Positions 23,910 to 36,400 of a stretch of DNA of 64,000 nt are shown here, in pieces. Positions within the stretch are counted from its first letter, which is position 1. Each line of letters begins with the position of its first letter. The notes below the pieces were generated by a model. It worked only from the letters and a program-made list of their open reading frames with translations. It was not told where the DNA came from and did no database searches. Origin of the DNA: Tubiluchus corallicola (lineage: Eukaryota; Animalia; Priapulida); assembly GCA_030141605.1 (NCBI GenBank), contig JAQGDQ010000065.1, positions 124,001 to 188,000 on the forward strand, written 5' to 3'. Both the position numbers and the translations under genes were made by a program.

Positions 23910-26613
23910 ACAGGCACACGGATGATTTCTTTTTTAAGCAAAATGGTAATGTGTTGACTAGATAAGCTTTTACAAATTGTGCCATCTTATGAGGATTTAA
24001 ACAAGTCACAATTTTGAGAAAGATAACTGCATTGTGATATTTTCTAAGGTAATGTTGTAAGAAAGGTGGTTTTCATTAGAAATTGATTTTTAGCATTTAC
24101 AAGATAGTAGAAAAAAATTCTCTTGTTTCGCATTTAATTGATGGATTTAAAATTTTTCAAACAGCTTGTACTCTTGTAATGAGATTGTATTCAGATACAG
24201 TTTGGTGTCCAACTAGTTTTGTGTAACGCGAGAATGGCACCGGCACTTTGACAGTATAAGTATGTGTGAGATCTGACACATTTTGCTCGTTTTTTTTCTG
24301 AATGCTGCTTTTATTTAATACAGTCCTCCGTAGTTGTAGGCCTGTTATGAGCGGTTTTAAACTTTTTAGTAACATTTTAACCATTATTCTGTATTATCTT
24401 CTTGCGTGTGCTTTAGAGCAGTTGCTAAATGTTATCTAAATATATTTAACATTAACATAAATTTGATAAGACTCAATATAAACAAGACACATCTGTGTGA
24501 CAAGTGTCACACTTTTATTATGGAGTATGATGTTCTAACTCATCCAGTATATTGTGTTACCGTTTTTATTTTGAATCTTAGTTGGATGCACATTACGTCA
24601 ATTTTAGTTGTCAAATAGTTGTAGATGTTTAATTTACTCCAGTTTGCTTTAAGAAAGATGTTTGTGTGTATTATACACCAGCTGATAGTTAGTGTTCATA
24701 ATGGTTGTGTAGATGTGCATGCATTTTTATTTTTTACATTATATTTTTCTTGTATATATTATGCTGCTGTCATTAATACACGTTGGGATTATTATTTAGT
24801 AGTGTTATAATCCAAAACAAAAATGCCAAAGCAGCATCAGTTACTTCGTTTTGTACTTGTAAAGTGGAGTTAGCAAGAGCTTTTATTTGCAAGTTTTTGC
24901 TCAGCCAGCTTTTGTGTTTTTGCTTTAATGATGAAGCTTTAGGTGCTGACTCAGTGGTTTGCTGAGGCATGTTTACCGCATGACAAAGAAATGGAATGTA
25001 TTACTCACAACAACATAAACAGCATTTTGAATATTATAGATTAAATTCTCTTAATGTAAGTATGCTTACACTATTTTACTGTACCAGCTCAAAAGAGACT
25101 TGAGTATAGTGAGTTAATATATTGCAACTTTACAAGCTGCTTCCACTGAAGAATTTGGACTTTTGTTCGTGTTTAGGTTGTTGAGGCAAACTTGTTGTTA
25201 TGTTAATTACGCTTCTTTTATATATAAAAACTGGTCATGTATTATATTGGATTATGAACAGTGTTATAAGAAGCAATGTGTGTTTGTAATTACCTTTTAA
25301 TCCCATGTAGAGATAGTTATGTGCTTCCAAAAGCATTTTATTTTTTTCTCTATGGCTTTAAGTTGGAACTGTTGTCTGATAGGACTTTCATTTTACTTAA
25401 TGGGCAACAGGAACTGCAATTTTTTGTGTATGCTAGTGTAAAATAAACAAGCTATCACCCACTGACAAATTTTAGTTAAGCTTAAAATGTTATGATGCAA
25501 GTGCAATAGAATATCACCACGAAGTAGATTCCTACTGTGTTATTTTTAGTTAGCCATGTTTTGCGCATTGTACCATTTCAGTGAACTGCAGACAAACATT
25601 AATAACTGTTTTTATGTTAATGATTTTTTATTATGTATTGAATAATTATCAAAAAATATAAATCATAAGTTAATTCATACAATATATATGACTGATTTTT
25701 GCATTTTTATGTTGGCAGTTCTTTATCGTCGTTATTATTATCTGTACACGTCAACAAATAGTATAGTACACATAAAGTTCATAGGCCATTATTACACGTA
25801 TATATTGTTCATATCTGCAACAAATTTTTATATAGAAATCATGTATCTAAAGTGATGTTTTTTACTGAAAAAATACGAGCTTGTTTTTTTAGCCCATTTT
25901 AAACACAAAATAGACATACATAAGGTGAAAACGTGTGTACATGTAGTAGTACACGGGGAGAGGCGGTTAATGGCTTAGTAGTGATCTTGCTTGGAAAGCT
26001 GACCAACGACAAGTCATAATAAAGCAATTTGAAGACCGCAGTCCCATAAACAAGATTTTTGCAGAAAATACTGAAACGTTGCCGTTTCCCTCTGTATGAA
26101 TAGCAAGTATGTTACCTAGTAATGCTGGCCTGATAGTACAGGTGTGCAAAAAAGTTTCAAGCATCTTTATTAAGGTATATAAAATACGACTACATTAAGT
26201 TACATAAGTTGTTTGAAACCAACAACAACTACAGGTTAACTCATCTTTCACAATTTTATGTTAATTGTACTGACACAATGTTTCTGCACTATGTAATGGT
26301 AGGTGGGCTCCAATTTACTGTGTTTGTCAAAAAGCCTAAACCCCGAAGCAGTGTTTATTTTTTATGTGTTGGTGCAATGTTACTTCAGTGCCGGTGCTGA
26401 GATACACAATTACACATAGGTGTTCTTGTCCATGTACAAGGAAAATGTTAAAAACAGTTTCTACATGTTTATTTGGCTAAGCAAATGCAGCTTCAACAAG
26501 TGTCAAGTATCGTCTCACTGCAATACAAGTTCAAAAACTGAAGAACTAACGTTCACTTTGGATTATTTCACCAAAGTATGTTTGTTTTAATAATGAGATC
26601 CAACAGCAGGCAA

Positions 26614-28548
26614 TCAATCCAGAGATGATACACTTCTGCTATACGACTGTGCAGAGTCACGCCTCTGTAAGTTTCCTGGAAGCCTCTCCGGAGGATTCGA
26701 ACTATCAGAAGATAATAAATTCGTTGCCTCTCTCAATTTCCGTTGTTGAATTGCACACCATATGTTGTAGGCAAATGGAACGAATATTAGCAGACAAATA
26801 AACTGCAGTGAACCGAGTATGAAAAAGTAATAGTCAAGATGTGCATTGTTTGGATTTCCAAAATCGCCTTTAGGAAACCAAGATGGAGCGACAGCTTTCA
26901 TCAGCGACAAAAATGCAGTGCCTAATATGCTTCCGAGTCCCGTAAACAACCAAAACAGTCCCATCAGTATGCTCTGCATAGAACGGGGTGCGGCAGAATA
27001 AGCTAATTCCAATCCAGCTACTGTGGCAAAGGCTTCACTTACTCCAATAAGACTATACTGTGGTATTTGCCACCAGATGGAGACATTGGCCGCATCATAG
27101 AGGTCACCACCAATAATTTGTGTTATGTTTCCCCCACTATGAAAGATGTCCAATCTGTAGGCTTCTAAACCTCCAGCTGCAACCATGGACAAAGATGCAA
27201 AAAACATGCCAATAATAATCCTGAACATGAGAGGGAAGCTTAAACCTCGCTTGTCTAACATAGGATAGATAACTTGGCTGAGCAACGGGATAAGCATAAT
27301 AAGAAATATGACATCAAACAATGTCAGCCACGCAGCAGGTATCTGAAACACAGCAGCCTCACTCATTTGTATATAGTGTGGATCTAGCCGCATGTGCAGC
27401 CCTTGCATGAGGTAGGTGGTCTCCATCTGAAAGTACACAATCCAGTATGGAATAAAAGCTGCAAAAATGCACAAAATATTACCCAGACTTTCCACATCTT
27501 CCACTATTGCGTCATCGTAGCTGCCACCATACTTTAATTTTGCACCGTGCAGCCAAGAGGACGATTGTTCTTGGTTCAAGGATTCATGTACTTCATTAGC
27601 AAGTGGCATCGATGCTGCCTGCCTCTGATCTATTGTTTGCTGGTTTAACCTCTTGATTCTCAGCCGACGAGAGCTTAACCCTTCATGCAAGATGCCAAAA
27701 ACATTCCCTATAACACTACCAGTAGGTGGCTTGTAGATATAAAATGGATAACCAGCAGTGAAAATCATCAGAGCTGCTCCAAGACAGCAGCATGGGATTA
27801 GGTAGCCAAGGTAAAATCCTGTATGTTCCGGAGTCATCGGATCAACCTGGATGTAGACTATACCACCTAGTGCAGTTAAAGCTCCAATGTTCACACACCA
27901 ATAAAACCAGTTAAAGAATGATCGCATGACTATTGGGCCATCACTCATTACTTGGTCAGCCCCAAATGGAGCCATATTAGATTTAACACCACCAGATGCA
28001 AGGGCTATTACTACAAGCACTGAATAAACAAGCCATCCACAAGCTTTGCCATGATCATCAACATCTACTTTGGCATCACCAGAGCTAGGTGAAAACATGT
28101 GCCACCAATTAACATCACACATAGTTACTGTAAAGTCAGGCTTTGCCAATAATGGCATAAAGGCGTAGCCCACAATATAGATTAGTATGCTACCACTAAT
28201 TGTCCAAAAACGACCGAGATACGAATCAGCGATATAGCCTCCTATAGGAGATGCCAAGTGAGATATTCCTAGAAAAATGAAAGCTGCATTCCCAGCAGAG
28301 TATGACTGCCAACTGAATGGTGACTTGTTCAAAAATAGCACCAAATTACCCGCCAGCGAGTAAAATGCAACGCGCTCTAAAATCTCTGTAAGCAGCACTG
28401 CTGCACAAGAAATCTTTTTCTTCCATTTCTCGCGCTGGTCAAGAATGATTGTGCTGCTACGAAAACTATTCGTCCATGTTATTTGGTTACTGTTCCGGAC
28501 ACAAGATGATGAGTGATTAAGCAGTGGCTGCCTTTCTTCTCCAGACAT
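26614..28548 (-). CDS. SLC15A4: SLC15A4-like proton-coupled peptide/histidine transporter (POT/PTR2 family), 644 aa, single coding exon
   Basis: ExxER motif (EILERVAFY), PTR2 signature GGYIADSYLGRFWTI, PFGADQ, FFNWFYWCVNIG, WQIPQY..GVSE, APRSMQS; N-terminal dileucine signal ERQPLL. Alternative in-frame ATG at 28575. Confidence 0.93.
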   Translation of the reverse strand: MSGEERQPLLNHSSSCVRNSNQITWTNSFRSSTIILDQREKWKKKISCAAVLLTEILERVAFYSLAGNLVLFLNKSPFSWQSYSAGNAAFIFLGISHLASPIGGYIADSYLGRFWTISGSILIYIVGYAFMPLLAKPDFTVTMCDVNWWHMFSPSSGDAKVDVDDHGKACGWLVYSVLVVIALASGGVKSNMAPFGADQVMSDGPIVMRSFFNWFYWCVNIGALTALGGIVYIQVDPMTPEHTGFYLGYLIPCCCLGAALMIFTAGYPFYIYKPPTGSVIGNVFGILHEGLSSRRLRIKRLNQQTIDQRQAASMPLANEVHESLNQEQSSSWLHGAKLKYGGSYDDAIVEDVESLGNILCIFAAFIPYWIVYFQMETTYLMQGLHMRLDPHYIQMSEAAVFQIPAAWLTLFDVIFLIMLIPLLSQVIYPMLDKRGLSFPLMFRIIIGMFFASLSMVAAGGLEAYRLDIFHSGGNITQIIGGDLYDAANVSIWWQIPQYSLIGVSEAFATVAGLELAYSAAPRSMQSILMGLFWLFTGLGSILGTAFLSLMKAVAPSWFPKGDFGNPNNAHLDYYFFILGSLQFICLLIFVPFAYNIWCAIQQRKLREATNLLSSDSSNPPERLPGNLQRRDSAQSYSRSVSSLD

Positions 28549-31104
28549 GCTGCACCTAGTAGTTAGCTTGTACATAACGTGCAAAATTTCTTCTTAAGAT
28601 TTAGAAGCTACTTGTATTACAAGTTTAAACATCATGTACCCGCACAAGAAAGAGATTGATAGCTAAAGGTATATCAGATCAATATTGACAAGTGTGTCAG
28701 AAATGTGCGTTACCATGTTAGGCAAAGCATCAGCTTGGCAACTTGATAGCATACATTTTTTGTGGTACTCTTTCCATAGTTACATTACATTTCTACAATG
28801 AAAGTAAGCACGAATAGCACAACTTCTACCCTAATTCAGTACCACATTATAACACTAATCTGGATGTAAGTTTAATTCCAACACCACTGATTTTCGAACT
28901 TTGCTGATATTACTTCACGGAAATTTTAAGTCCACAGATTACAGGTGTACACATTTGGCTAATATACTGAAAACTGCATGGCTATTTCATATTGTACCAC
29001 CTCAATTTCTGGAATAAATAAAACAACGTCATCGACTTATCACAATAATATACTAATAATAATTATTACCATTGTTTAGTATTGATTTCGACAAAGCTAC
29101 ACTGTGTATCAGCACTGCTTACACAACAAAAACATTTAATCAAGAAAAATATTAATCTGAGAAGTGCGCCAACTAACATACTATTGTTTAATCGATGTCT
29201 TTCTATAATAACTCTTACTAAAGTAATCATGTACGGATGTAAGTTACTGCGATTATCAACATATTTATAGAAGTTAAATATATGTATGAACTAACTGAGA
29301 ACATAGTACATACCTTATGGCAACCAGACCACTAGCTTCACTAAAACAATTATTATTTTTAGGAAATCGGGACTTACCATGAATATACTTCAACGGAAAC
29401 ATTACTACACATCTATTTCTAACAATAATCTTAGCACAACGCCTGTATAGTATAGTCAAAGAATAGGCACCGCAATGTATGGAAAGTACTACGCGGCAGT
29501 TCGCGCAGTTAGTGTCGCCCTAGCGGCACAGCAGTACGGACTGTTGTTGTCAGGTACGCCATAGCGCAAGCTGTACGCAGTACGCACACAGGTGTGTACT
29601 GTAGCAGATGAATTGACGAGAACACCAAAGCCAGGCTGGTCGACAGGCGCTCATAACTTGCTCAGCAGTGAGTTGCAGAAACATAAATAAAATCTTTTTA
29701 AATTTCTCGAGGATGCAGCCAGGTAATTATAACAAAATGCTAATTATAACACAGTTTTGTAACTTTCGTTACAAGTTAAATATTTGTTCACAAAGCAAAG
29801 ACTGCAAAGCCTACATCGGTCTATGGCGATTTATAGCAGCTGTTATATTTTTGAATATTATTTAAAACAAGCATAAGTGCATAAGGCACGAAGAATTATT
29901 AGTAGTTAAAATAAAAACTATTATATTCATATCTCATGAAAATTAATAGGCTTATTTACAAAAGAAGTTAAGAAATTTGATCATAAAGAAAGTTTGCAAA
30001 TACCTGGCTCATGTAGTAGTCTATTTCTGGAGAAATATTTTTTCTAAAAGAATCATTCCTATTTAATATGTTTTTTCAGGAAATATAACTTGAAGAAATA
30101 TTAAACCTGACTTTCATGTGTAATACCTTTCATAGAAGAAAATTGATTTTTTCAGAAAAGCAGATAATCTTTCCAGAACAAAACTTAATCTAAGCATCTG
30201 CATATTTTCTTAATTCCAAGGTAAAAGATGTTTAAAAAGTATAATGTAATCATACATTGGCCTTTGTTGTGAGTTGGAGTTGGTTATAAAATCACGTTGA
30301 ACTGAGATGCATTTACGACATTATTCCGCTTCTTTAACAAAACAAAACATCAGAGCTGTTATCCTAAGCAGCCGACATTACTTCCACTTCTATAACAACC
30401 AACTTACTAGGTCATAATCAAGTTACAGAATTCAGGTGAGAAGCCAACCTGGTGTATAAATTAGAATCTGCAGGTGGGTCATAACATCTTATATATCATG
30501 TGTAGACGTCACTTACATTTAGCCTAATTTTTTAAGATTCAGTTAGGCTTACGTCAAAATAAATGTTCATTAAATACAGTTTGTTTACCTGAAAAAATGT
30601 ACTTGTATAAGCGTACTAACTAAACACCTGTGGCTAAATCCATAGACAAGTCTTGATAAATAATTTATTTATAGATGGGCTTAAATTCATTGATTTTTAT
30701 AGGCTTAGGTGCCAAGGGCAATCAATTTATACTGTTAAATATATAGGCTCAGCTTCATAGAATCTCTGTATGTAATAATGCATACATCATACATGTATCT
30801 GAGTGTGTGTGCATGGGTGTATCAAGACGTTATGACGCCTTAGGCTGGCAGTTCAGTCCTACTCATCTCTACTACTGTATTGATTATTTATATATGAAGC
30901 ACCGTACGCAATTACTTGTTGTGTGCGTGCGTGTGTACATTATTTATATATAAACCTACAATATAATATATGTGTAATTATATAGATTAATTACAGGGCA
31001 CGTAAATGGGTGCAATTTTTAATGTGCCATGTCCGCCACCTTGCATTGGAGTAAAACGACCAAGAAACAAATGGCAGGACCTTCAACAAAAGGAAAAGAA
31101 GGAT

Positions 31105-31231
31105 CTCTTTCTGTGTGTCTGTCTCTCTCTCTCTCGCTCCCTCCCTTTCCCTCTCTCTCTCGTTCTCTCTCTCCCTTCCTCTCTCTTTCTCTCTCCCTCC
31201 ATCTTTTTTCTCTAAGAGAGGGAGGGAGAGA
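31105..31231. repeat. Imperfect (TC)n polypyrimidine tract followed by a short (GA)n tract
   Basis: Direct reading. Confidence 0.9.
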
Positions 31232-31890
31232 AAAATCAATAAATCATTAAAAAGGCATTACTTTTCTACATAGTAGGCAGCTCATGCAGTCAGCTAGCCG
31301 CTTAGGAAGAACAGTAAAATTTTACTTACAAGAAAACTGAAGAAGTATTTGCAAGTACATAGTACAAACTTATTGCTACAACTGTTTTTCGTTTTTATGA
31401 AATGTTTTTAGTTTTTTAAACTAATAATTGCTTTTATTTGAGATATTCTTCTTTTATATGCAAAAGTGATTTTGGCTTATCAAAATTGCGCGTATGCCAA
31501 CACTATTAGTGTACTTAATAATATTATTATAGTCAATGGTTTATAGTAAAAAGTTTTTAATCATCCGCCGATTGATGCCACCAGCATAGTCGCTAATCGC
31601 AAAAACGAAATACGTAACAATAGGTAATTTCGTCACTTCCTTTTCCTAAACTTTGGTATAGTGGCAGCCGACTAAGTCTTTGCTTCTTGCGCAATCTACT
31701 GCAGTTCACTTCAGTTTAATTTTATTCTGCATTAGCACTTTGTTTTCGTGTGTTCTTTATGGCCGCACTAATAGTGTCGAGATACCCTATGTATATATGA
31801 TTGACTGATTAAGAGATAGTCGAACATGATATTTTGGTTCAGTCCATAGTTCGCTACAAAAAAACTTTTGATCATATAACATGATCATTA

Positions 31891-32111
31891 TGTCAGGGTC
31901 ACGGGTCACAGAAACATCAAACAAACGTTCAACGGCATAATTAAACGTGTTTATTAACCCTAACATTAAAATTGGAATCAAAAGAGTTCAAACTACTATC
32001 CTAAAACGTGGTCCCGACATTAGGCCAAGACATTTCTAATTAGTGGTGCACCAAGCTTTCTATGCGCAATGACAAGCACACATTTGCTTAATAACAGGGC
32101 TGGCCCTGACA
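31891..32111 (-). mobile_element. Probable 3' LTR of a Ty3/Gypsy element (221 bp)
   Basis: TG..CA ends with 8-bp inverted termini TGTCAGGG / CCCTGACA, minus-strand AATAAA near 31950, directly downstream of the integrase; PPT is weak. Confidence 0.7.
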
Positions 32112-32370
32112 TTCGGCCATGCTCCAGTCATGTGACTTCACATGATGTACAATTCAGTTTAAGCATCACTAGGCTAACATCAATGTTAACATAATTTAGC
32201 ATAGCATAACCAACATTCAAACTGGCAGAATGCAATACAAACAGCAAACAAACTTTCAAAGTTGAAATCTAAGAACAACTAGAATCAGAAGTGTGCAATA
32301 CAAGTTATGTGCACCAAAATCAAACAACAATTTTCAAAAGTCAAGAATGAAACAAGTCATTTTGTCAAAC

Positions 32371-33455
32371 TCAAGCTAAAGAATAATCTGTGAGTCTTTT
32401 TGGCAACCTCAGATTTCTACGAGGCCTTAAATTAAAAACATGTCCATCATAATCATCATCTGGACTTTCAGCACTGCTGCTACTGACATCAGAATTAATA
32501 CATTCATTATCATGTTCATCACTACTAAAATTAGCATTATTAGCATCTTCTATCATATTCACATTATCTTCAGACTGATTTGGATCATAACAGGGATATC
32601 CATGCAAAGGAGCATAAGTGTCATCATCATAATCAGAATCATAACTATCACAATTAATACAAGATTTGGATTTACCGGTTTCACAGATATTAAGATTTAA
32701 CTTCTTCAAGTTACTACCATGCACCCACAAAGAATTACGAGCACGAGGTCGTTGTATACAGTAATCAGGAGGTTTACATTTTAGCACCTTATAGGGGCCC
32801 AAATAACGCTTCACAAGTTTCCTATTTGGTCCAGATCTACGTCTAAAATTTATCATTGCAACATTGTCACCCTCTTTAGTGCAACTTTGAGGTGTTACAC
32901 TAGTCACTGAAACGTTTTGGTACTTTTCAATATTTGACTTAACATTTTTATATACTCTAACAAATTCAGAAGCTAAAGTGTTTGCATATTCTGAATAATC
33001 AGGGACTTCAAGAAGGTCTTCACAATTTAACTCACTAACAAGAGGATGCCTAGCCTCCTTTCCAAACACAAGTTTATATGGAGTCACTTGAGTAGTGCTA
33101 TGGACACTAGTATTATAGGCAAAAGCAATCATTTGTAAATACTTGTCCCAATCACGACAGTTACTTTTCACATACTGCGTTAATGCTTCACAAAGAGTCA
33201 AATTAAACCGTTCACATTGTCCATTGCAACAAGCATGGTACACCGAAGTCCTCAATTTTTGTATACCTAACTTATCTTTAATTTGCTTCACCAAATCAGA
33301 TTCAAAATTTGCACCTTGATACAGTCAACACAGTTTTAGGCACTCCATAATGACATATAAAATCAACAATACATTTAGCAACAGATTCAGCACTCTGATT
33401 ACGAATAGGATACAATTCTACAAATTTAGAGAACAAGTCAGTAACAACTAAAACA
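32371..33455 (-). pseudogene. Ty3/Gypsy integrase, truncated and frameshifted
   Basis: LVVTDLFSKFVELYP..YGVPKTVLT / (+1 frameshift) DQGANFES..YHACCNGQCERFN..AYNTSVHSTTQVTPY, GPY motif (YLGPYKV), terminal LRPRRNLRLPKRLTDY. Confidence 0.9.
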
Positions 33456-36400
33456 ATTACAAAATTCTTCAAGGATGCCTATCTTTTCCAGAAGTCCTTT
33501 TCTGGTTGTCGAAAGCATAACAGTATCATCCATCAATAACAAACAGTGAAGCATCCTTAGAAAACCATCTGGTCTGTACTTTTCCTTGAGGTTTCTTATA
33601 AGCTTATTAACGTAGAGTGTAAACAGAAAACACGAGGAAGGGGATCCTTGCTTAAGGTTACACTTATTATAGCAGCTCCTAATACTAATTGTGTATTACT
33701 GTACAAGGCAGAATTGCACAAAGCATAATGATTCTGCATCCAGGAGCTTTAGGCGAGACTGTGAGACCGTCCCTGGGTACACGATCATATGCCTTGGAAA
33801 AGTGAACGAACAGCACAAACAGTTTAACTTTCCGAAATAGGGCATAGTCCATCAGTAATCTGAGAGTAACGATGCATTCGGTGCAACTTCGACCTTTCTG
33901 AGCACCTGCCTTTTCCCTGTTGGGTGAAAACCACATATTAAGGCGTCTACACAGGATCCTATCATAAACCTTGGCAACTTCCACAAATATTTCATAGGTA
34001 GACAGTGCTGTTTAACTGATTTTTTTTATGTTTTTATACGTATACTTTTCTCGTTAAATTTCCTGTTTTGGCCTTAAACACTATTGTTGAATGGTAATGA
34101 CATTAAATTTATGAGTCGAAATTTTTAAACATTATCATTTATGGCTTTTTCATGTAAACACTTCAACTCCAGATTATCACATATGCCTACATTTTTTTTA
34201 CTTCTGACCCCATACTCATTAATTTGTTTTTTTTTTATTTTTTATCATATTACATCATTTTCATCATCATCATGACAAAATTTCCATGTTCATCATGTAC
34301 TAAACCAGTTAAAAATAACCAACTTGGACTGTTTTGCAATTGCTGTGAGCATTGGATGCATCTTAAATGTACAAATTTAACTTTGAAAGATTACAACAAT
34401 TTAACTGACAATAATAATAACTGGTTCTGTCACTTTTGTCTGCAAACTATTCTGCCCTTTAACAATATCACTGATGACGATGAATTCAAATTAATCACTA
34501 GGTATTCCAATATTGAATCTATAATAGACAATAAATTACTTAGTTTAAATTTATTTGAAAGAAATGACATATTCGACTTTCTGCCCATTACTGATCTGGA
34601 TCCAGATCAACATTATTTTAACGGACTAAATAGTATTAAAGCCAGCAAATGTTATGATGACCAACAATGCAACTCTCTAATTAACAATTTAAAATTTAAA
34701 TCTCCTCTGTCCGTTTTACATTTAAATGTGCTTAGTTTACAAAAAAATTATGGCCACTTATGTGCCTATCTTCAATTACTCAATATTAAATATTCAATTA
34801 TTGCATTAACTGAAACATGGTCAGCTGAGGAACATGGCATATTATGTAATTTACCAGGATACAAATTAGCATACAATAATCGTACTCATAAAGCTGGTGG
34901 TGGTGTTGCCATATTTATTTCCCAGGAATTAGCTTTCACTGTTTTGAAGCAGTATAATTTATCTGATAAACATATAGAATCATTATTTATAGAGATTAAT
35001 TGTGTTCAAACTAAAAATATTATAATAGGCGTTATTTATCGACCACCAGGTGAAAATCCTGTAACGTTTATTGACAAACTTACAATAATAATCAATTCAT
35101 TAAATTGCCAATCTAAACACTTAATTATTACAGGTGATTTCAATATAAATTTATTAAATCATGCTACCCACAATGATACAAATTACTTTTTAGACACAAT
35201 GATTTCAAGTTTTATTTTTCCTGTTATTACTCGACCAACAAGAATAACTAGTCTCACAGCCACTCTCATAGATAACATATGGATAAATAACTTGGAACAT
35301 AATCACATAGCTGGTAACTTATTGACTGATACATCGGACCACACAGAATTTTATGATTGCTGATTTCAATCTAGACATAACTGATATACAGTTTATCAAA
35401 AAAATTTATATAATGAACACGTCAAAGAAAAAATTATTTCAGATTTATCAAGTATATGTTGGAACGAAATTTTATCAAACAATAATGATCCTGATTCAGC
35501 ATATGAAAAATTTCATGAAATGTTAAGCAATATTTACCATACTCATGTTAAAACTTCAGCTGACCAATTACTACCTAAAATAAAAAACCTTGGGTAACTA
35601 AAGCTATGTTAAGAAGCATTCAACATAAAAACAAACTTTAACGATCTGTGCTTAAAAATAAAATCAACAAGGAACAATATACACAGTACAGAAATCAACT
35701 TACTAATTTGATAAAAATTTCCAGGCAAAATTATTATCAACAGAAATTACTAACTTATCAAAATAATATAAAAAACCTGGAATGTAATGAAGGAATTGAT
35801 GCATAAATCTCGTGAATCCTTACCTGCTTCTATAACATTAATGATCATTTAACTAACGACAAAAATATAATTGTTAATGCTTTTAATGACTACTTTGTAA
35901 ACATTGGCCCTTTATTATCAAACAACATCGAACCTATAAATACTGACCCAAATTCTTATCTTAAAGGAATTTACCCACATTCCTTCTTCTTTCAACCTGT
36001 AACTAAAGATGAAATCATTAGAATCTGCAAGTCATTCCACCCAAATAAAAGTACCGGTATTGATCAGCTCTCTCCCAGAATAATGCTTGATATTATTGAA
36101 TATATTGCTATACCTTTAACCCATATTATTAATTTATCACTTACCTCTGGAATTGTCCCTAATAAGCTAAAGCAGTCCATAATAGTTCCTATTCATAAAG
36201 CTGATGATCCACACTGTATAAATAATTACAGGCCCATTTCATTACTGCCATATTTTTCGAAAATTATTGAGAAATGTGTGTCTTTGCAACTTACAGATTA
36301 TTTACATAAACAAAGCATATTAAATGACACACAGTATGGATTTCGTCAAGGTAGTACTACAGAAATGGCTTTAATTGATATGCTGACCAACATAATAAGA

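Noticed and set aside
21777-23941. Short overlapping ORFs on both strands within adducin
   Set aside because: Shadow frames of a real CDS with no independent support.
29510-29527. CTCF-like motif (minus strand CCGCTAGGGCGACAC)
   Set aside because: At least two mismatches in the core; too weak to call without ChIP data.
30991-31250. ERERE and LSLSL ORFs
   Set aside because: Translation of the (TC)/(GA) repeat.
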